From an uncultured Geminicoccaceae bacterium (lineage in GTDB: Bacteria > Pseudomonadota > Alphaproteobacteria > Geminicoccales > Geminicoccaceae): DNA of 64,000 nt. The stretch spans positions 13,681-77,680 of the forward strand of contig CAZNWE010000004.1 in the NCBI GenBank assembly GCA_964576715.1, read 5' to 3'. Positions 58,418 to 64,000 of this stretch are shown piece after piece (positions within the stretch are counted from its first letter, which is position 1; each line of letters starts with the position of its first letter). Position numbers and translations under genes: made by a program. The notes under the pieces were generated by a model. The model searched no databases and was not told the DNA's origin. It saw nothing but the letters and a program-made list of their open reading frames with translations.

Positions 58418-58487
58418 CCGCTCGGCGAGCGTCGTGCAACGCGCCCGCTCGCCGATCTTCAGATGCCAGCCAGAAGCGAACCGCACC

Positions 58488-59057
58488 ATGACCCTCTCCG
58501 ATGTCGAGATCTGCTCGGTGGCACTCGTCAAGATCGGGGCGAACGGCATCGTCTCGTTCGTCGACGATATGCTCGAGGCCGAAGTCGCGAGCCGTCTCTA
58601 CGAGGTGACACTTCGCGGTCTCATCACCAGCCATCCCTGGCACTTCACGCTGGCCGAAGCCGAACTGGAACCCATCGAAGAGCCGCTTCAGACCGGCTTC
58701 GCCAACGGCTTCGAGCTGCCCGGCGACCAGCTGCGGATCATCTCCGCCGGCGCCGGTCATCGGTCGCGCGGCCTCGATTACCGGGTCGCCGGCGATCGCC
58801 TGTACTGCAACAGCGCCAGGGTCGTGCTCAGCTTCCAGAGGCGACCGGCGACCGCAACGTTTCCCGCCTTCTTCGTCCAGGCCCTGGTCGCGCGACTCGC
58901 CGCCGAGTTCTGCCTGCCGCTCACCGAGGGCACCAGTCGGGCGGATGCGCTCTTCAAGCTGGCCACGGCCGAACTCAAGATTGCACGCCTGATCGACAGC
59001 CAGCAGGCGACGCCGCGTGCGGTCGAGGACTTCACCCTGATCGCGGCGCGCAGCTGA
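58488..59057 (+). CDS. Tail tubular protein A-like (T7 gp11-like)
   Basis: 189 aa, comparable to T7 gp11 at about 196 aa. The N-terminus MTLSDVEICSVALVKIGANGIVSFVDD follows the gp11-family opening pattern. Immediately precedes the gp12-like gene. Confidence 0.58.
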   Translation: MTLSDVEICSVALVKIGANGIVSFVDDMLEAEVASRLYEVTLRGLITSHPWHFTLAEAELEPIEEPLQTGFANGFELPGDQLRIISAGAGHRSRGLDYRVAGDRLYCNSARVVLSFQRRPATATFPAFFVQALVARLAAEFCLPLTEGTSRADALFKLATAELKIARLIDSQQATPRAVEDFTLIAARS

Positions 59058-61000
59058 TGACTAGGATCATCCAGACCAAGAGCAGCTTCACCTCGGGCGA
59101 GATCGATCCGGCACTCTATGGTCGCATCGATCTGCGCGCCTACGAAGACGGCGCTGCGACCTTGCGGAACGTATTGGTCCAGCGCACGGGCGGGGTCACC
59201 CGACGGCCGGGGACCGCGTTTGTCGCCATGGTGCCGAGCGGCGCGCGGCTGTTCCCCTACGATCAAGGCGCCATTCATGACCTGCTCGTCTTCGGCGACT
59301 ACGAAGCGCACATCGTCACCGACGGGGCACACCGGCAAACAGTCGACGGGCTCCCCTGGTCGATCGACGAGGTTGCGCAGATCGACGTAACGCTTGTCGA
59401 CGACGCAGTGCTCGTTTGCCATCCGTCTTATGAGCCGCGTCTTCTCGAGCGCGGGATCGACACGCAGTGGCGTCATTCGAAGCTCGCTTACGCTAGGTTG
59501 AGCACCGCCGACGCGGACGAGCGCCGCGCCCTGCCGTTCGCCAGATACGCGCCAGCAGATCTCAGCTTGCAGGTAGAGCGGCTCGAGCAAGGCGATGATC
59601 CCACGGCACAGGACACGGCTGGCATCGCAGTCAAGCTCTTGAGCTTCCACCCGCTGTTCGATCGCGGCTACACGCAAGGAACGGTTTTTCGCGTCAAAGG
59701 ACGCCAGGTTCGCCTCACCAACGTTGTGCCCGACCAGGACGGCAGGCTCGCCTGGGGCGTCACCCTGGAACCACTGGTCGACGAGCTCGCGACGTTCGAC
59801 TGGGACGAGCAGGCGTTCTCCGATGCGCATGGTTGGCCGATTGCGGCTGCCATGCACCAAAACCGCCTGGTGTTCGGCGGCTGCCGCGATCGCGCCGATT
59901 TCATCTGGTTTTCGAAGTCGGGCCGTCCCTTCGACTTCGACATGGGCGACGGCGAGGACGACGCGGCCATTTCGTTTCGCATCGTCGCCGAGCGACGACA
60001 CGAAATTCGCCACTTGTTTTCCGGCCGCGTTCTCCAGGTCTTCACCACGGCCGGTGAATGGACGATCGGCGGTTTCCCGTTGACGCCGAGGACGGCCCGG
60101 GTCGAGTTGCAGACGCGCGTCGGCTCGCTGCCCGAGCGGCAGATAGCGCCCGTCGATGTCGACGGTGCCACGCTCTTTGTCGGCAGCTCGGGTCGTGATT
60201 TGCGGGAGTTCCTGTTCACCGAGACCGAGCAGGCCTACCAGGCGGCCGACATCGCCATCCTGTCGCGGCACCTGATGCAGGAACCGGTCGACATGGCGTT
60301 CGATCAGCCGCGGCGGGTGTTCTGGATCGCGCGCGCCGATGGCCGGGCCTGTGCCGTCACCATCGACCGCAACAGCAATATCGTGGCTTGGACCCTGCAG
60401 GCGACGGATGGCGTCATTCGGGCGCTGACGATCCATGATCGCGCATTGGTGATGCTGGTCGATCGCGCGGCGGGGCTCTCTATCGAGCGGCTCGACGAAC
60501 AGACGACCCTCGACTCGCAACGGCGCCTGACCACGCCGGAGCCGACCGCCGCGTGGTCGGGCCTCGAGGCGCTGAACGGCCAGACCTATGTCGTGATCGC
60601 CGATGGCGAGACGCTGGGCGAGCAGTCGATCGAGGCTGGCCAGCTGCAGTTGCCTTCGCCGGCAAGCGTGCTCGAGCTCGGGCTGGGTTTCGAGCATACC
60701 ATAGCCGGCCTGCCGATCACCGGCGGCAGCGGGCGCGGTGTGGCCGCTGACACGCCTTACCGGCCGGTGCGGATCAGCCTGCGGCTCGGCCCGTCGAAAG
60801 ATCTGCTGGTCGATACCGGTGCTGGCCCGCGCGTGGTCAGCGTCGGCCGGCATGCCGGAATGAACGACATCTTTGATGTCGGCATCAGGGCCATGGGCTG
60901 GCGCCGGGGGACGGCAATGCCGCCCTGGCGTGTGGCGCAGGCGCAACCTGGCCCGTTTCAACTCCTCTCGGTAACTGTCGAAGCAAAGGTGAACGGCTGA
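59057..61000 (+). CDS. Tail tubular protein B-like (T7 gp12-like)
   Basis: 647 aa. N-terminal SSFTSGEIDPALYGRIDLRAYEDGAATLRNVLVQRTGGVTRRPGTAFV matches the conserved gp12-family opening. TGATG overlap with the gp11-like gene. Confidence 0.62.
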   Translation: MTRIIQTKSSFTSGEIDPALYGRIDLRAYEDGAATLRNVLVQRTGGVTRRPGTAFVAMVPSGARLFPYDQGAIHDLLVFGDYEAHIVTDGAHRQTVDGLPWSIDEVAQIDVTLVDDAVLVCHPSYEPRLLERGIDTQWRHSKLAYARLSTADADERRALPFARYAPADLSLQVERLEQGDDPTAQDTAGIAVKLLSFHPLFDRGYTQGTVFRVKGRQVRLTNVVPDQDGRLAWGVTLEPLVDELATFDWDEQAFSDAHGWPIAAAMHQNRLVFGGCRDRADFIWFSKSGRPFDFDMGDGEDDAAISFRIVAERRHEIRHLFSGRVLQVFTTAGEWTIGGFPLTPRTARVELQTRVGSLPERQIAPVDVDGATLFVGSSGRDLREFLFTETEQAYQAADIAILSRHLMQEPVDMAFDQPRRVFWIARADGRACAVTIDRNSNIVAWTLQATDGVIRALTIHDRALVMLVDRAAGLSIERLDEQTTLDSQRRLTTPEPTAAWSGLEALNGQTYVVIADGETLGEQSIEAGQLQLPSPASVLELGLGFEHTIAGLPITGGSGRGVAADTPYRPVRISLRLGPSKDLLVDTGAGPRVVSVGRHAGMNDIFDVGIRAMGWRRGTAMPPWRVAQAQPGPFQLLSVTVEAKVNG

Positions 61001-61419
61001 TGGGCGGAACGAGCAGTCTAGCGAGCTTGGGCCTCAACCTGGCGCTCGGCCAGGAAGCGGCCAGGCGCGAGAACAAGGACCTCGAGAAGGAGCGCGATCG
61101 GCAGATCGCCTCCATCATGCGTGATAATCGCGAGGCCGAACGGCAGCAGGCCACCGCCTTGCGACGCCGACAGGCCAGTGAGCGGGCGAGAGCCGGGGCC
61201 ACCGGCACGGCAACGACCGGCGGCTCGCTCGATGCCATTCTCCGCGGGCTCGAGCGAGACGCGGCCTTCGACCGCGCGGCCAAGCGTGACGCCACCAACG
61301 CCCGCGTGCAGCAGATCAACGACAGCTTCGGCACCCGGCGTCGCAACAATCTCCTGACCGCCTCCAACCGGCTCTTGGGCAGCAGTTCCGCGACCGTCGG
61401 CCGCAGCCTGCTCGGCTGA
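61000..61419 (+). CDS. Hypothetical Arg/Glu/Ala-rich protein (small terminase or internal virion protein candidate)
   Basis: 139 aa. ATGA overlap with the upstream gene. Coiled-coil-like EAARRENKDLEKERDRQIASIMRDNREAERQQ. It lies directly before the large terminase gene. Confidence 0.45.
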   Translation: MGGTSSLASLGLNLALGQEAARRENKDLEKERDRQIASIMRDNREAERQQATALRRRQASERARAGATGTATTGGSLDAILRGLERDAAFDRAAKRDATNARVQQINDSFGTRRRNNLLTASNRLLGSSSATVGRSLLG

Positions 61420-61430
61420 CCGGTCGATCG

Positions 61431-62972
61431 ATGACGGAGGGCGAGGACAGCAGCACGGTACCGTTCGGCCCGGGTTGCCGGGAGAGCGCAGTCGGCTTTC
61501 TCGGTTTCACCCAGTTCGTCATCGTCTGGAACAAGCTGCAAGGACACGGCACCCCGGCGCTCCACCTCACCATCTCGCAATGGCTCTACGAGCGGTGGCT
61601 CGCCGGGGACCGCCGGCTGCTGCTCATGGTGTTTCGCGATGCCGGCAAGTCGACCCTGGTCGGTCTCTTCGCGGCCTGGCTGCTCACCGGCAACCCCAAT
61701 CTCCGCATCCTGATCATCGCTGCCGAGCAGATGCTCGCCAACAAGATGAGCCGGAACATTCGGCGGATCATCGAGCTGCACCCGGCGGCAAGCCACCTGC
61801 TCCGGCATCGTGGCGACAGCTGGGCCGCCGATCAATTCACGGTTCGGCGCAGCCGCAGCCAGCGCGACCCATCAGTGCTGGCGCGCGGCCTCGCCGGCAA
61901 TTTTACCGGCACCCGTGCGGACATCGTCATTTGCGACGATGTCGAGGTGCCGAACACCTGCGGCACGACGGCCGCCCGCGACGACTTGCGTCAGCGCCTG
62001 ACCGAGCTTAACTTCGTGCTTGTGCCGTCCGGCCTGCAGCTCTTCATTGGCACACCACACAGCTACTATTCGATCTACGCGGACCGGCCGCGGGCCGAGA
62101 TCGGCGAAGAACGGGCCTTTCTCGATTCTTTCCGGCGATTATGCCTGCCGTTGGTCGGCTCCGGCGGTGCCAGCGCCTGGCCCGAACGCTTCCCAACGGA
62201 AATCATCGAGGACCTGCGGCGCAGCGCCGGACCCCAGAAGTTCCGCAGCCAGATGATGCTGGAGCCGATACCACCAAATGCGCTAACGCTCGATCCCGAC
62301 CGGCTGCTCGTCTATGCGGGCGAGTTGCGCAGCCACTGGGCCCACAATCGGCTCATCCTGTCGCTTGACGAGGCACCAATGGTCTCGAGCGTCTGCTGGT
62401 GGGACCCGGCCTACGGCCGCCCCGGCCGCGGCGATCGCAGCGCCATTGCTGTCGTCATGATGGATCGCTCGGGCCACTACTGGCTGCACGCGCTCCGCTA
62501 CCTGCAATTCGCCGTCGAGCGCCTCGACGAAGTCGACGAGGCGACACAGCTGGTGCGGCAGGCCATCGACTTCGCCCGCTCGGCACAGCAAATGCGTTTG
62601 TTCATCGAAACGAACGGTATCGGCCGCTTCCTGCCGGCCCTTGTCCGCCGTGAGCTCGGCCGGGCCGGCGGGCAGCTGGCGCTCGTCGAGCGACACTCGA
62701 GCAAGAGCAAGACCGACCGCATCCTGAACGCTCTCGATCCGATCCTGGCCGCCGGGCATCTGCACATCCATCAATCGGTCCTGCAGTCCGGGTTCATCGA
62801 AGAGATGCGCGAATGGTCGCCAGGCACCGCCGCGCTCGACGATGGCCTCGATGCCGTGAGCAACGCCATCCTCGAACAGCCGGTGCGACTACCGAGAACC
62901 ACCGGCACTGCCGGCGGATCATCATCTCTTGCAACCAGCAGCTTCTTGGCCGATGCGACATTCGCCGTGTGA
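61431..62972 (+). CDS. Phage terminase large subunit
   Basis: Walker A-like FRDAGKSTL, Walker B-like ADIVICDDVE and a C-terminal RNaseH-like nuclease region (AIAVVMMD, FIETNGIG, DDGLDAVS). 513 aa. Confidence 0.78.
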   Translation: MTEGEDSSTVPFGPGCRESAVGFLGFTQFVIVWNKLQGHGTPALHLTISQWLYERWLAGDRRLLLMVFRDAGKSTLVGLFAAWLLTGNPNLRILIIAAEQMLANKMSRNIRRIIELHPAASHLLRHRGDSWAADQFTVRRSRSQRDPSVLARGLAGNFTGTRADIVICDDVEVPNTCGTTAARDDLRQRLTELNFVLVPSGLQLFIGTPHSYYSIYADRPRAEIGEERAFLDSFRRLCLPLVGSGGASAWPERFPTEIIEDLRRSAGPQKFRSQMMLEPIPPNALTLDPDRLLVYAGELRSHWAHNRLILSLDEAPMVSSVCWWDPAYGRPGRGDRSAIAVVMMDRSGHYWLHALRYLQFAVERLDEVDEATQLVRQAIDFARSAQQMRLFIETNGIGRFLPALVRRELGRAGGQLALVERHSSKSKTDRILNALDPILAAGHLHIHQSVLQSGFIEEMREWSPGTAALDDGLDAVSNAILEQPVRLPRTTGTAGGSSSLATSSFLADATFAV

Positions 62973-63055
62973 AGCCCGGAGCATCGGGGACGTCACGCAA
63001 CCGACCGGGCAGGTCAACCGACATCTCGGCAGAGGTCCGTGCCCGCCACGCTCAC

Positions 63056-63289
63056 ATGTCTCTGGATACGACCTTGAGCGCCACCGCCACGCTGCTGCTG
63101 CTTGCTCTGGGTCTGGCTCTCGGCGGCTGGGCTGCCTGGCAGGAACGTCGACCGCGCGGGCTCGGGGATCTGCCGCTCATGCCACCGATCCCGGTCTTGA
63201 TCGTCGGGGTGCTGATCGTCCTGGTGAGCCTGGCACACTTGCTCACCATCTGGACCGGCATGCCGTTCAAGAGCCGATTTCTGCCGTGA
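63056..63289 (+). CDS. Small two-TM membrane protein (holin-like topology, unproven)
   Basis: 77 aa. TM1 ATLLLLALGLALGGWAAW and TM2 IPVLIVGVLIVLVSLAHLL with a short basic tail. Last + strand gene after the terminase. Confidence 0.42.
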   Translation: MSLDTTLSATATLLLLALGLALGGWAAWQERRPRGLGDLPLMPPIPVLIVGVLIVLVSLAHLLTIWTGMPFKSRFLP

Positions 63290-64000
63290 GCGCCAGCAAC
63301 TGATCGAGCAGACCCGCAATCGCCGCGCGTGCCTCCAGCTTTTCGACCAGACGGGGCGCAATGCCATCGATGCCGACCGCCGCACCCATGAGGGCGCCCA
63401 CGCATGCCGCACGGCTTGCATTGTCACCGCCGGCGCGCACGGTTTCGAGGACGGCGGTCGTGAAGTCGCCAGAATGCCTGATGCAGGCATGCAGGATGCT
63501 TGGAAAGGTGCACGGCAGGTAGCAGGAACGACCCACGAGCCCTGTCGCATCGATCACGGCATTGTCGATCATCGACAGGGCGTCACCCAAGCGGATCTTC
63601 ACGAGGTCCGCAGCAGGTCCCTGTTGCGCGCGGCAGCCGCTGTCGATAGCGCTCATCAGATCGGTGCCGTGCAACGCCGCATCCAGGATCCGCCCAAAAG
63701 CCTGGTTGTGGGCGACCGCCTCGGCATTGTCCTGCGTGACCCGGACAAAGCGCTCGATCACCGCATCACGATCCGATCGCCCGGCGTGCAGCACCGCGAT
63801 CGGCGCGACCCGGCACATCGACACGGTTTGAAAATCGTCGGCGCCGCTCTGGAACGCGAAGTTCGGATCGTCGAGATGCGGCTTCGCATTGTCGATGGTC
63901 AGGCGTGTGGGCTTGTCGCGATAGCCGGCGTACCCCGCATCGAAAGCCGCGACGAAGCGACGACCAAACCGCCTTTCGTCGAAGCCGCGATCGGTGACGA
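63267..64000 (-). CDS. ADP-ribosylglycohydrolase-family protein (C-terminal part; N-terminus beyond the window's right edge)
   Basis: C-terminal metal-binding motif AGGDNASRAACVGALMGAAVG (GGDTDT-like). The reading frame stays open upstream of the listed GTG at 63824, to position 64000, with no stop. Confidence 0.72.
   Translation of the reverse strand, partial: VTDRGFDERRFGRRFVAAFDAGYAGYRDKPTRLTIDNAKPHLDDPNFAFQSGADDFQTVSMCRVAPIAVLHAGRSDRDAVIERFVRVTQDNAEAVAHNQAFGRILDAALHGTDLMSAIDSGCRAQQGPAADLVKIRLGDALSMIDNAVIDATGLVGRSCYLPCTFPSILHACIRHSGDFTTAVLETVRAGGDNASRAACVGALMGAAVGIDGIAPRLVEKLEARAAIAGLLDQLLALTAEIGS

Larger units (their letters stand above)
53350..63289 (+). mobile_element. Cryptic T7-type podovirus-like structural/packaging module with divergent repressor (defective prophage or domesticated GTA-like locus)
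   Basis: Repressor (-), then a co-directional, translationally coupled string. Order: unknown, portal, unknown, scaffold-like, capsid-like, small protein, tail tubular A-like, tail tubular B-like, small basic protein, large terminase, small 2-TM protein. I saw no integrase, replication, lysis, fibre or internal-core genes and no att repeats. Confidence 0.6.

Noticed and set aside
58778-60961. 727-aa minus-strand ORF antisense to the gp12-like gene
   Set aside because: Arg/Gly/Pro/Asp-rich shadow frame. The + strand frame carries the conserved tubular-protein N-terminus and is translationally coupled to its neighbours.
1-64000. CRISPR arrays, rRNA, tRNA, IS elements or transposases
   Set aside because: No regularly spaced direct repeats, no tRNA T-arm consensus (GGTTCGAATCC-like) outside coding frames, and no transposase or integrase-like translation in any frame that I could recognise.

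Overview
High-GC, alphaproteobacterium-like chromosomal window (leuS-lptE-holA synteny with a DUF3576 gene upstream, class II DAHP synthase, malate synthase G). It is almost fully coding, with about 60 supportable genes. Most long ORFs in the six-frame track are Arg/Pro/Gly-rich shadow frames antisense to real genes and were discarded.

Content from left to right:
- DoxX/LysR divergent pair.
- Four-gene sugar ABC importer.
- Complete retinal phototrophy module: xanthorhodopsin-type proton-pump rhodopsin plus crtI-crtB-crtY-blh.
- glcB, a NAPRTase-family gene, DAHP synthase and glutathione reductase.
- A small decayed accessory patch: frameshifted methyltransferase, sulfotransferase bracketed by a duplicated gene end, and a VOC-ArsR-SRPBCC-BNR operon.
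- gabD, htpG, a Suv3-like helicase, cytochrome c and yggS.
- A methyltransferase / JmjC-cupin / glycosyltransferase trio.
- Two outer-membrane barrels, leuS-lptE-holA, and two orphan peptide-type ABC permeases.
- Agmatine deiminase, RidA, a DUF482 gene, glk flanked by two DUF465 genes.
- From about 53.3 kb to 63.3 kb, a compact T7-type podovirus-like morphogenesis and packaging module: portal, scaffold-like, capsid-like, tail tubular A and B, large terminase. It sits beside a divergent CI/LexA-like repressor. I saw no replication, lysis, fibre, ejection-protein or integrase genes.

The phage-like module is the most interesting object in the window. It is either a decayed prophage or a domesticated GTA-like particle locus of a lineage not known to have been domesticated.

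I saw no rRNA, tRNA or CRISPR array. All family assignments come from reading motifs by eye; no database search was run.
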